Origin: Candidatus Latescibacterota bacterium | GTDB taxonomy: Bacteria; Latescibacterota; UBA2968; GCA-2709665 | Assembly: GCA_965203805.1 (NCBI GenBank) | Contig: OZ241917.1 | Location: forward strand, 5,088,001 to 5,152,000 | Reading direction: 5' to 3' | DNA: 64,000 nt | Part shown: in pieces, positions 41,379-50,282 of the stretch | How positions within the stretch are numbered: the stretch's first letter is position 1 | Layout: every line of letters starts with the position of its first letter | Made by a program: the position numbers and the translations under genes | The notes under the pieces: model-generated | Databases searched by the model: none | Seen by the model: the letters and a program-made list of their open reading frames with translations, nothing else | What the model was told of the DNA's origin: nothing

Positions 41379-41500
41379 CGGACTATCTCCGTGAAGACGT
41401 CACGTGGAGGTCACTTGATCCGACAATTCTTATCCCGGCAGGGGAAGTTAAGCAGAAAGAGCAGCGTTCAGCTGTCCATTTATCTCCGATGTGATGGAGA

Positions 41501-44500
41501 TTATCCAATGACTTCCAGGAGTTCCGCAACGACCTGAAGCTCTCCCTCGTCCCTCTCCTTCAGCACGATGGGTTCGAATTCGGGATTGTTGGGCCGGAGC
41601 GTAATGACGTCGTGCCGCCAGGATTCACCGTATGGGATCTTCTCGCTGTGATAACGCTTGATGGTGTAGCGCTGGCCTGTTTCGGGATCCGTTGCGTCGC
41701 TGAGTTGAACCAGGACGGTCTTTCCCTGACGCGTTCCCTCGACGGGTGCAAGAAATAAGCCATACGCTCCGTCCGGAACCGCGGGCTCCATTGATCGCCC
41801 CACGATTTGCGCGACAAACATGCCCGGCCGTAGACGATGGCGAGAGTCCACGGATGCCCATTCGAATTCGCCGTCCTCGATGTGCTGTGGATCGCCGAAT
41901 GCGCCAGCAGCCGCTTTGAGCGGAACAAACGGCACACACGTAACGTATCGTTCCTCGGCGCTGCCTTCAACCAGTCGCAGTGCGGCCGGGAACCCACGAT
42001 CTGTCGCTGTTTCATCCGTTAAAGCTGTTACGGCCGATTCGGTACGTAGCCGTTCATAGGCTTCGTCGGCCATCCGCTCGCGGATAACATCCTGAAACGA
42101 CTCGTCGTTCATATATCGCTGGAAGATCGCCTCGTTCTGGTCCATGCGTTCGACGAAGATTTGATCCAGCAGACTCCTGAACACCAGTTCGAATTTGTCC
42201 TTAGGATTTACCGATGCCGCCTGACGCATGCCATCGTCGGCAACTGCGGCCTCAACGATGTGATCGAAGAAGAGTTGGTCGGCCTGATTGAAGTCCGTCC
42301 CGAATCGCTCGTTAACGACATCGATCAGTAGGGAAAGCGGGACCGATTCTTCGTGTACTTCCCCGGCGCCGACCTCTGTCGGTCCGTCAAGGGCGTGCGC
42401 CTCGCCATCACTAAGCGAAATCGAGCCTTCGCTGATCTTTTGCAGCCGGTAGTACTCGAGCCGTACGTCATCGTCGAACTGATAACCCGGCCCGCTACTT
42501 CGTTTCCGCAGCCTTCGCGATAAATGACGCAAGAAGACGTGAAGACGTTCCAGGTCCGAGTCCTGGTACGGTATAATCTGGCTCAGAAAACCGTAGAGAT
42601 TCCGGAATGCCTGAATCTGTCCGCGCAGGAGCTCCGCAGCGTCCTCATCTTCTTCCAACAGTTCATTGAAGCGCGCGATTGCGGGATCAAGCGCGGCGTT
42701 CATCTCCTTGTGGTCTTGTACGGTCTGACGCTGCTTTGGCTTGAAGTAAACGGCACAGAACCGTTCGACTTCATCTTCCAGATAGATCCCTGACGCGTCA
42801 AGTTCGCTCTTGACCTCATACATTCGATTGGGATCGACTTCCTCACCCATCTCCGCGCCTTCGTAGTAGACTTTGAACGCCTCCTGGATCTCCTCCCGAT
42901 CGTTGACGAAGTCCAGTACGAATGTGTCCTCTTTGAGCGGATGGGTGCGATTGAGTCGCGAGAGCGTCTGAACTGCCTGAATGCCCGCGAGTCGCTTGTC
43001 AACGTACATCGTATGCAGTAACGGCTGATCGAATCCGGTCTGGTATTTCTCGGCCACCAGCAGTACCTGATATTCCTGTGTCGCGAACTTTTCCGGGAGC
43101 TCCTTTTCACGGATGCCCTGGTTCATCGTTGCTTCGGTGTACTCGACGTCCGGTAGCTTGTCGTCTTGTACGGTACCGGAGAACGCGACCAGCGTCTTGA
43201 TCGGATATTGCTTCTGCTCGATATAACGATCAAATCTCTGCTTGTATCGCACGGCTTTGAGGCGCGAGTCTGTCACCACCATGGCCTTGGCCCGGCCGCC
43301 TATCTTGTGTCGCGTGACGGTCTGGAAATGCTCCACCATCACTTCGGTTTTCTGCGCGATGTTGTATGGATGCAGCTGCATAAAGCGAGCAAGCGCGCGC
43401 GCCGCCTGTTTCCGCTCCACGTTTGGATCGTCTTCGCGGGCCTTGAGCAGTTTGAAGTAGGTCGCGTAGGTCGTGTAATGCTCAAGCACGTCGAGGATGA
43501 ATCCTTCCTCGATTGCCTGCCGCATCGTGTACTTGTGAAATTGCTCGCCGTCGCGGCCGAACACGGCAAGTGTCCTGTGTTTGGGCGTTGCCGTAAACGC
43601 AAAGAAACTCAGGTTCGCCTGCCTGCCGCGCTTGGCCATGCTGCGGAATAATTCTTCAAGTTCCTCGCTCCCCTCTTCCTCAGCCTGTCTGCGTGCCGCC
43701 TCCCGCAGATCCTCTCCGCCCAGGACCTCCCTGAGATGGGTCGAGGTCTCTCCACCCTGCGAACTGTGCGCTTCGTCGACGATGACTGCACAACGCCGTG
43801 AAGGTAGCGTACCGGATCCGGATGCGCCTCTTTCTTCGGCCATCTTGAGCAAATGTTGCGAGACGAACGGGAATTTCTGAAGTGTGGTGATGATGATCGG
43901 GACCGCGTGCTCTAGGGCTTCGGCGAGTTGGCGAGACCGTTCGTCGATCTTCTGGACGACGCCATGCTTGTGTTCAAACTGGTAGATCGTGTCTTGCAGT
44001 TGCTGATCCAGGACGACGCGGTCAGTCACCACGATCACGCTATCGAAGACGCGCTCACTGTCTATATCGTGCAGGGAAGCCAGGCGGTGTGCAAGCCAGC
44101 CGATTGTGTTGCTCTTGCCGCTACCCGCCGAGTGTTCGATGAGGTAGTTATTCCCGACACCCTCGTCGCGAGCCGTTTTCACCAATTGCCGGACGGCATC
44201 GAGCTGGTGATAGCGCGGGAAAATCATCGACTCGACCTTCACTTTTCGGCCTTGGTCGTCGCGTTTTTCCTCGGTCTGCAGATGGATATAACGTGCGAGT
44301 ATGTCAAGCAGGCTATCGCGCTCTAACACTTCCTCCCAGAGGTATGCCGTCCGATAATTCCGTCCCTCCGGATCGGGTGGGTTGCCGGCTCCGGCGTCAT
44401 CTCCTTTGTCGAACGGCAGGAAATGGGTCGCGTCGCCCGCCAATCGGGTGGTCATGCGGACACACTCTGTGTCAACCGCGAAATGAACGAGCGTCCGGCG

Positions 44501-45052
44501 TTTGAAATCGAAGATTGGTTCGCGGGGGTCACGGTCACCTCGGTACTGACGTATCGCGTCTTCTACGGTCTGCCCTGTGAGTGGGTTCTTGAGTTCCACC
44601 GTAGCGACGGGGATGCCGTTCAGGCTAACCGTCAAGTCGAGAGACTTCTCAGATTTGGGAGAATAACGAAGTTGGCGGGTGAGACCGAGCCGGTTCGCGG
44701 CGTAGCGGGCTTCGAGTTCCGGGTTCAACTCGTGAGCGGCCTTGAAAAATGCGGGATAAAGGGTGCGTCCGTAGCACTTAAACCCATGACGCAACGTAGC
44801 GAGCGATCCGTTCGTATCCATCCACTTGCACAGGTCATTGATAACCCGCTCATCGGTTCGATTACCGTGAAGCGCCTCCAGCCTGGTCCATTCTTTGGGC
44901 TGCGTGTCACGGATGAACGCCAAAACGACGCTAGGAAAGATCGCCCGATCGCGGTCGAAGCCACCTGCGGCGACCGAAACGTAACCATTCGCCAATAGAT
45001 GAGTTTCGATTACCGTTTCGAAGGCGGCTTCTGTGTGGCGGGAGTCGTTCAC
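41501..45052 (-). CDS. hsdR: Type I restriction endonuclease subunit R with C-terminal S24 peptidase-like domain
   Basis: DLT..NGIP...ELKN nuclease, [37 protein letters not shown]; C-terminal AAAG...GRSMEP...TIKR. Confidence 0.95.
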   Translation of the reverse strand: MNDSRHTEAAFETVIETHLLANGYVSVAAGGFDRDRAIFPSVVLAFIRDTQPKEWTRLEALHGNRTDERVINDLCKWMDTNGSLATLRHGFKCYGRTLYPAFFKAAHELNPELEARYAANRLGLTRQLRYSPKSEKSLDLTVSLNGIPVATVELKNPLTGQTVEDAIRQYRGDRDPREPIFDFKRRTLVHFAVDTECVRMTTRLAGDATHFLPFDKGDDAGAGNPPDPEGRNYRTAYLWEEVLERDSLLDILARYIHLQTEEKRDDQGRKVKVESMIFPRYHQLDAVRQLVKTARDEGVGNNYLIEHSAGSGKSNTIGWLAHRLASLHDIDSERVFDSVIVVTDRVVLDQQLQDTIYQFEHKHGVVQKIDERSRQLAEALEHAVPIIITTLQKFPFVSQHLLKMAEERGASGSGTLPSRRCAVIVDEAHSSQGGETSTHLREVLGGEDLREAARRQAEEEGSEELEELFRSMAKRGRQANLSFFAFTATPKHRTLAVFGRDGEQFHKYTMRQAIEEGFILDVLEHYTTYATYFKLLKAREDDPNVERKQAARALARFMQLHPYNIAQKTEVMVEHFQTVTRHKIGGRAKAMVVTDSRLKAVRYKQRFDRYIEQKQYPIKTLVAFSGTVQDDKLPDVEYTEATMNQGIREKELPEKFATQEYQVLLVAEKYQTGFDQPLLHTMYVDKRLAGIQAVQTLSRLNRTHPLKEDTFVLDFVNDREEIQEAFKVYYEGAEMGEEVDPNRMYEVKSELDASGIYLEDEVERFCAVYFKPKQRQTVQDHKEMNAALDPAIARFNELLEEDEDAAELLRGQIQAFRNLYGFLSQIIPYQDSDLERLHVFLRHLSRRLRKRSSGPGYQFDDDVRLEYYRLQKISEGSISLSDGEAHALDGPTEVGAGEVHEESVPLSLLIDVVNERFGTDFNQADQLFFDHIVEAAVADDGMRQAASVNPKDKFELVFRSLLDQIFVERMDQNEAIFQRYMNDESFQDVIRERMADEAYERLRTESAVTALTDETATDRGFPAALRLVEGSAEERYVTCVPFVPLKAAAGAFGDPQHIEDGEFEWASVDSRHRLRPGMFVAQIVGRSMEPAVPDGAYGLFLAPVEGTRQGKTVLVQLSDATDPETGQRYTIKRYHSEKIPYGESWRHDVITLRPNNPEFEPIVLKERDEGELQVVAELLEVIG

Positions 45053-45182
45053 GCGGGATTATCCATCCTACGGGCCCCATTTGACAGATAGACCACAGAC
45101 ACAAATGCGGCTGGAGGTGTACATGCAAAGTCGACTATTGTCAAGAAACAGAACAAGGCTGAGAGCGCACCCACAGCAAACA

Positions 45183-46316
45183 TCATACAGGTTCATGTCG
45201 GTTTAGATAAAGAATTCGTCTTTCCCGTCCCCCGATAGCGACTCTCTCTATTTCCTCATCGCAATAGAATCTGTAACGCTCGCCGACCGTCAAACCATCT
45301 AGACTTGGCCCCCCTCCCTTAACCTTGCCCAGACGTTTTCCTTCGTTCGTGAGCAATCCCCAATACCCGCTTCCACGGTCAAATCTCTCGAAGGTTCCCT
45401 CCAGCGTTACTGATTCACTTCCCAGATTTGTTACACTCGAAAGTGCTTTCATTAACAGGCCTGCCTCGGACTGAGATACCGCGCGGCTGCTTGGGCGGTC
45501 TGATTTCGGTTCTGCCCACGAGTAGCGCAACCCCGTTTCTCGTTCAACCAAAAAACGCAAGAGCTTCAGGTACGTCCCTGCCAGGTGCCCACGTTGTTCC
45601 TTGACTGTGAGAAGTGTTTTCTGAGGGTTCGCAGTATCCTCAAATAGCAAATCGATTCGTCGTAGCGCTCTCGCAAGTTTACTGCCTCCGAAGAAATCCG
45701 GCATACTCGCTGCTTCAAGGACAATCTGAAATGATCCGGCTGCAGCTGGAACAACGACGTCCATCATGTCTTCATCGGGCTGCCGATAGCGAGGATCGTC
45801 TCCCTTCATTTCTAATTTGTAAGCGTGTTTGACCATTCCCTGAACCAGACTCAACATCCCTGCGAGCGTATCGGCACGGATGCGATGTTGCACCGTTGCC
45901 TCTGGCGGCTCAGCGGCGACCTCGAGTACGAGGTTGTTGCGTTCACGGGCTTCCCTGAGCACAGAATCGTCTGAAGAGCGGTCATGTAAAACAAAACCAG
46001 CATCTGGAAGAAATCCACCATCTATAAGGGTAGTAGACAGTCTATTGAGCTCCAGTGGATGATTCAGGTCGGTATCCACTGTCGCCAGATACCGTTCCTC
46101 ATCGTCCGAATGGATCAGCAACGAACGCAGATCGAGCGCGCCTGAACGGAATTTCCGCAATCGCTCGGGAGCGACACCGGCTACGAGAAAACGTCCGTTC
46201 TTATCTTCGGAGTCGACACCGACTGCGATATAGCACCCGCCGATGGCGTCGCGCGCCTCGAAAATCTGCGGCCCGTCGTAATAGAATAGCGTATTGGTGT
46301 GACGGATCTTTTTCAT
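45183..46316 (-). CDS. Hypothetical 377-aa protein (N-terminal LFYYDGPQIF, DUF6575-like)
   Basis: ATG at 46316 overlaps the upstream stop (ATGA); family assignment from recalled motif only. Confidence 0.65.
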   Translation of the reverse strand: MKKIRHTNTLFYYDGPQIFEARDAIGGCYIAVGVDSEDKNGRFLVAGVAPERLRKFRSGALDLRSLLIHSDDEERYLATVDTDLNHPLELNRLSTTLIDGGFLPDAGFVLHDRSSDDSVLREARERNNLVLEVAAEPPEATVQHRIRADTLAGMLSLVQGMVKHAYKLEMKGDDPRYRQPDEDMMDVVVPAAAGSFQIVLEAASMPDFFGGSKLARALRRIDLLFEDTANPQKTLLTVKEQRGHLAGTYLKLLRFLVERETGLRYSWAEPKSDRPSSRAVSQSEAGLLMKALSSVTNLGSESVTLEGTFERFDRGSGYWGLLTNEGKRLGKVKGGGPSLDGLTVGERYRFYCDEEIERVAIGGRERRILYLNRHEPV

Positions 46317-46690
46317 GGAGTTTCCACTACACAGTGCGCCAAAATATCGAAATCTGCCAGCGGCCACCAGGTGTGATGGGAGCGCTGACCTGTCTGTTGA
46401 AGGGCGCCCGCGCCATTTTCAAGTATTACTCGGCAGATTAAACGTCCGCGTAGGCTCGGGAGTTTCAATGCCTTATGGGAATCGCCTCGTTCAGCAAAAA
46501 CAGATAGTCCCCTGGCTTGGCACTCGGAGATTTTGCCAAAGTCTCGGTCCGGATTTTGAGCTCGCTGGGATGCGAAGTCCTCCTCCTCCGGCGGGCTGGT
46601 TCGCACCAATCGAAAAACCACTCGTGTTGCTGAGATGTTTTCTGCGGCATCAGGTGGGCACCCTTCGGGCAAAGGCTCTCGGTAATTCAT
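46313..46690 (-). CDS. Small ADP-ribosyltransferase-like protein, 125 aa
   Basis: GCPP, VFR (R27), GLSVF (S63), SHHTWW (H105) pattern; coupled to the downstream gene. Confidence 0.55.
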   Translation of the reverse strand: MNYREPLPEGCPPDAAENISATRVVFRLVRTSPPEEEDFASQRAQNPDRDFGKISECQARGLSVFAERGDSHKALKLPSLRGRLICRVILENGAGALQQTGQRSHHTWWPLADFDILAHCVVETP

Positions 46691-46834
46691 AGGCTGGCAG
46701 AGATGACTGAGCTCTGGTGCTCAAGGCAACGCCGTCCTGGACGTCGTTTTTTCAGGTCACCGAGGCAATTATGAGCGCGGAAACCTGTTCTTGGATCAGT
46801 GAAATGATATTGTTCGCGATTGCTCAGAGTGGGC

Positions 46835-47082
46835 GAGCCCCTCGTGTTCATTCACTTGCAAAGATCCGCGAGAACGTGGTCTCCCGTTTGATCGGCATGC
46901 AGCGCCTGCGGTTTGGGACACTCCCCTGCCTGAGTGTCCCGAATAAACGCCAAAACGACGTTGGGAAATTTCACCCGGGTCCGGTCGAATTCACCAGCGG
47001 CAACTGAGACGTAGCGGTTCGTCAGTAGATGTGATTCGAAACGGTTTCGAAGGCGAACTCGGAATATCCTTCGTCTCTTCGC
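46835..47082 (-). pseudogene. Decayed hsdR 5'-end fragment (scar 1)
   Basis: AFETV/frameshift/[36 protein letters not shown]...ALH...VLADLCK*MNTRGS aligns to HsdR residues about 10-83; TGA replaces the Trp codon. Confidence 0.88.
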
Positions 47083-47084
47083 AG

Positions 47085-47795
47085 CTATCTGTCTTTCCGC
47101 GCATATCGCTTGCGTTGGCGGAGTTTGTTGAGGACCATTGTGTACTCTGTTAGACCGGCACGAATTGCAACGCAGAACTCGTTGAAGCTACCATCCTCTT
47201 TGCGATCGCAAATGGTGTCGCGGGCACGCCGAACAGCGGCAGCGGACATCGGGTCAGCCCCCGACTGTCCGTAAATGAACTCGTCAATGGCTCGCTTTCG
47301 GTCTTCGGTGAGGCTCTTGTGATTCAGACCAAGGACGTCAATCGTGGTTTTGGCCTCGTTTCGTTCGCCCACGGCCTCTATCTTGCCATCAAGTTTGAAC
47401 TGAAAGACCTGTTCGCAAACAGGCTTAAGGGGAGACACGAATTCAGTGCCATTGTTATCCCACCAATTACCCTTAAGTTGCGCCCCATAGCGAAATCTCG
47501 CCTTCATACCATGTCGTGGGAAACACGCTACCAGATTGGTGTAGTCCAGGTCAGATCCAGGCAGTTCCGTCCGGCAGCGACTCTGTGGCTTGATATGCTC
47601 TACATGCGATGAACTGCTGTCGATTCGACGCATTGTATAGGCACACAACCCGCCCTGGTCTGCAATCATGCCTGTCAATATCTGCTCCTTCTGGTCGGAA
47701 GGCACCTCACGCCAATCAGACTTGCTTGTTCCCGAAACTTCAGCGCTCCACTCGGAATAAGTGTGCGGGCATCCGCTCTTCCGGATGTACTTCAT
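47085..47795 (-). CDS. PtuB/TIGR02646-like HNH endonuclease
   Basis: MKYIRK, DQGGLCAY..RRI, HVEHIKPQS, LDYTNLVAC, TIDVLGLN; ATGA overlap with the ATPase. Confidence 0.8.
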   Translation of the reverse strand: MKYIRKSGCPHTYSEWSAEVSGTSKSDWREVPSDQKEQILTGMIADQGGLCAYTMRRIDSSSSHVEHIKPQSRCRTELPGSDLDYTNLVACFPRHGMKARFRYGAQLKGNWWDNNGTEFVSPLKPVCEQVFQFKLDGKIEAVGERNEAKTTIDVLGLNHKSLTEDRKRAIDEFIYGQSGADPMSAAAVRRARDTICDRKEDGSFNEFCVAIRAGLTEYTMVLNKLRQRKRYARKDR

Positions 47796-49030
47796 TCGGA
47801 CAGAATCTCCAGTCGAGCGATGCGCGCTTCAAGGACGGACCATTCTGGTAGGTCAAGCCCGTTCTTTTTGGCCTCTGAGATCGCGGTGTGCGCTTCCTCG
47901 AATGTTCCTTTCGCAATCAAGTTCTCAACAGATTGAATCGCAGCCATCGCATCCTCAGGTCGATCATCGGCCTCCATGAGGTGACGCAGGATCCAATTTG
48001 AATCCATCCCAAGGCTGCGGTCGGGATGAATCACTCCGCCAGGAGCCAATAGGAGGACTTGATCGGGCTCCACGGACGCCACGACCTGAGGCGAATGGGT
48101 TGTCGCAATGAACTGACAGCGCGGAAACGTGGCGGTCAATTTGTGAATGATTTGGCGCTGCCATTTGGGGTGCAGATGTAACTCCAACTCGTCGATTAAG
48201 ACCACGCCTGATCCATAAAGCGGGTTTTCGAGCCGAGGGTTCGCTAGCGCCAACCGCCGCCCTAGGTCGCACGTCATCGCTAAAAAAGACCGCTCGCCGT
48301 CCGAAAGCTGGGACAAGTCCAAAGTCTCTCCGTCCTTGTCCACCAATAACCGAGGCGGTTCTTCCTGGATACGCAGATTCGCAAAACCGCCCAGAAACGT
48401 AGTGAGCGCGCCGGAAATCGCCGCAACGGCACGATCGCCGAGATAGTCTGGGTTGTTTCTGCGTTCAGTACGCTCTACAGTTACCGCGCTTCTATATCGC
48501 GCCATGAAATCACGGAAGTTAACTGTACGATTGAAGAGGGCGCCTGAATAGGCAGCAGACGGACCCCGTGGCATAGCTATTGGAAGTTTCTTTGGCATTC
48601 GGTAGCCTGCTCTATCGGTTGTGTAGTAGACTGCAAGTGGTGCTGCATCATCGGTGCGGAAGGCGTCTCCGTATGCCTTTCTTGCCTCCCGCTTGACGGC
48701 TGCAGGTAACTTCGTCGCCTCATTCTTCCGGTTTCTCTTATCGTAAGTGACCTTGTATGCAATTGGAATTCCGGCGCAGTTTACACTCATACCCAATTCG
48801 GCAGACATGGTACCAATATGGACGTCAGATGGATTAATTCTGCGATAGCCGCTACGCGCTGTCGACACATGGGGAAGCAACCGAGAGCACAGGAACGCAA
48901 GACCATCGAGGAGCGCAGTTTTGCCCCTCCCATTGATACCCGCGACGACGGTGAACCGGTCCGCGAATTTAAACGGCGGTGGATCGACATAGACTCGATA
49001 ATTTCGAATCGTTAGCTCACTTATCCTCAT
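47792..49030 (-). CDS. PtuA-like ABC/AAA_21 ATPase
   Basis: GINGRGKT, LSQLSDGE, DLGRRLALANP, LIDELELHLHPKWQ, TTHSP. Confidence 0.88.
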   Translation of the reverse strand: MRISELTIRNYRVYVDPPPFKFADRFTVVAGINGRGKTALLDGLAFLCSRLLPHVSTARSGYRRINPSDVHIGTMSAELGMSVNCAGIPIAYKVTYDKRNRKNEATKLPAAVKREARKAYGDAFRTDDAAPLAVYYTTDRAGYRMPKKLPIAMPRGPSAAYSGALFNRTVNFRDFMARYRSAVTVERTERRNNPDYLGDRAVAAISGALTTFLGGFANLRIQEEPPRLLVDKDGETLDLSQLSDGERSFLAMTCDLGRRLALANPRLENPLYGSGVVLIDELELHLHPKWQRQIIHKLTATFPRCQFIATTHSPQVVASVEPDQVLLLAPGGVIHPDRSLGMDSNWILRHLMEADDRPEDAMAAIQSVENLIAKGTFEEAHTAISEAKKNGLDLPEWSVLEARIARLEILSE

Positions 49031-49034
49031 ATTC

Positions 49035-50282
49035 TCACGTCACCTCCAACTGACCGGTCACGGCCTCGGCAATGAGAGCCGAGCGGCGCTCCTTGAGGAG
49101 TGAAATGGTGTGCTCGGCAGCTACCCTAACGCTCTCAATCTTTCTTGCTTCGTTTGCGACAGCGGACACAATTGTCCTCTGCTCGGAAACAGGAGGAACC
49201 GGAACATACATCTCTCCCATTCTTTGCTGATTCAGAATAGGTAATGTCGAACTATTAGCCATTTCAGCCATGACGTCCCCAAGCATCCAAAGAACATAAG
49301 CAAGGAAATGTGGCTCAACATCGCTTCGCGGAATCATAGCGTTGATCTGTTGATTGGCAGAGGCTGGTGCTTCGATGATTCCCACCTTGCCAAGTGTCGC
49401 TCCGATGCCTACAACAAACACGGAACCAGCCGGGAATAGCTTCGCCTCCCCTGATGACACTGCCTCTTGTGCGAGCCTGCGCGCCGATTCGCGGAGAACG
49501 AGATCGCTACTAAAATCGCTAGGAGTAAACCAGTCCACACTATTCTCGTCCAGATCATCCACGTAATCGATCGACGGTGTTCCACCGGTCTCAATTGAAC
49601 CGCAGGCATAGCGCAATGAAGTCACCTCCCAGTGCACCGGAATTTCGCGAAGCCAAGAGATACCCGAGTCGTGTAGCGGTACCTTTGAGTCGAAGCCCCG
49701 CGTGACAGCGCGGCTAATGAGTGCATGGTGTTTTTCGGCCAGCAGGTCCAGCAACTTCCCCTTTTCCGCGATTAGCGCATCGATCCGCGCCGTCTCGCAG
49801 TCGAGGTAGTCAGCGATGTTGCGTTGTACTTGCGGTAAAGGAGTTGGTAAGCGAATTGACTTCAGGTCGTCAGCACTAATCTCCATAAAGGTGGAGCCAC
49901 GGCCAAGGACTCGAAGGTATTCAGTTTTGCTAAATAGCCAGTAATAATAGAACCGCGTATCGGTGTCATCTGTCGGCGTCAACAGAAAACAGCCTTGGTT
50001 TGAGCATGCTGATCGCTTTAGCACTGCAAGCTGTCCGATTGGTGCTCTCTTTGACAGGATAATTGAATGGCTTGGAACCATACTCGTGCCGGAATATCGA
50101 TAACCAGCACGTGAGATTTTTCGGCGAGTATCCTCAAGCCAATAACTCTTCCTTGCACTCAGGTCTTCCGGCGTCACCCAAAGGATCTCACCATTCCAGA
50201 ATTCAGGATTACCGCTTGGTGGTGTGGCTCCACTCGTCACTTTGAATACGCGTCGGAGTTGGGTCACACAGTCATTCCTCAC
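49035..50282 (-). CDS. hsdS: Type I R-M specificity subunit
   Basis: Two TRDs (SGATP...NQG; TGGTP...NQQ) separated by PLPQVQRNIADYLD; ends ERRSALIAEAVTG. Confidence 0.94.
   Translation of the reverse strand: MRNDCVTQLRRVFKVTSGATPPSGNPEFWNGEILWVTPEDLSARKSYWLEDTRRKISRAGYRYSGTSMVPSHSIILSKRAPIGQLAVLKRSACSNQGCFLLTPTDDTDTRFYYYWLFSKTEYLRVLGRGSTFMEISADDLKSIRLPTPLPQVQRNIADYLDCETARIDALIAEKGKLLDLLAEKHHALISRAVTRGFDSKVPLHDSGISWLREIPVHWEVTSLRYACGSIETGGTPSIDYVDDLDENSVDWFTPSDFSSDLVLRESARRLAQEAVSSGEAKLFPAGSVFVVGIGATLGKVGIIEAPASANQQINAMIPRSDVEPHFLAYVLWMLGDVMAEMANSSTLPILNQQRMGEMYVPVPPVSEQRTIVSAVANEARKIESVRVAAEHTISLLKERRSALIAEAVTGQLEVT

Noticed and set aside
46852-46854. UGA recoding in the hsdR-like fragment
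   Set aside because: The fragment also has a frameshift and ends after about 80 codons; TGA is a normal stop throughout the window.
47085-49030. Retron (Ec78-type)
   Set aside because: No reverse transcriptase in the window and no intergenic space for msr-msd upstream of the ATPase.
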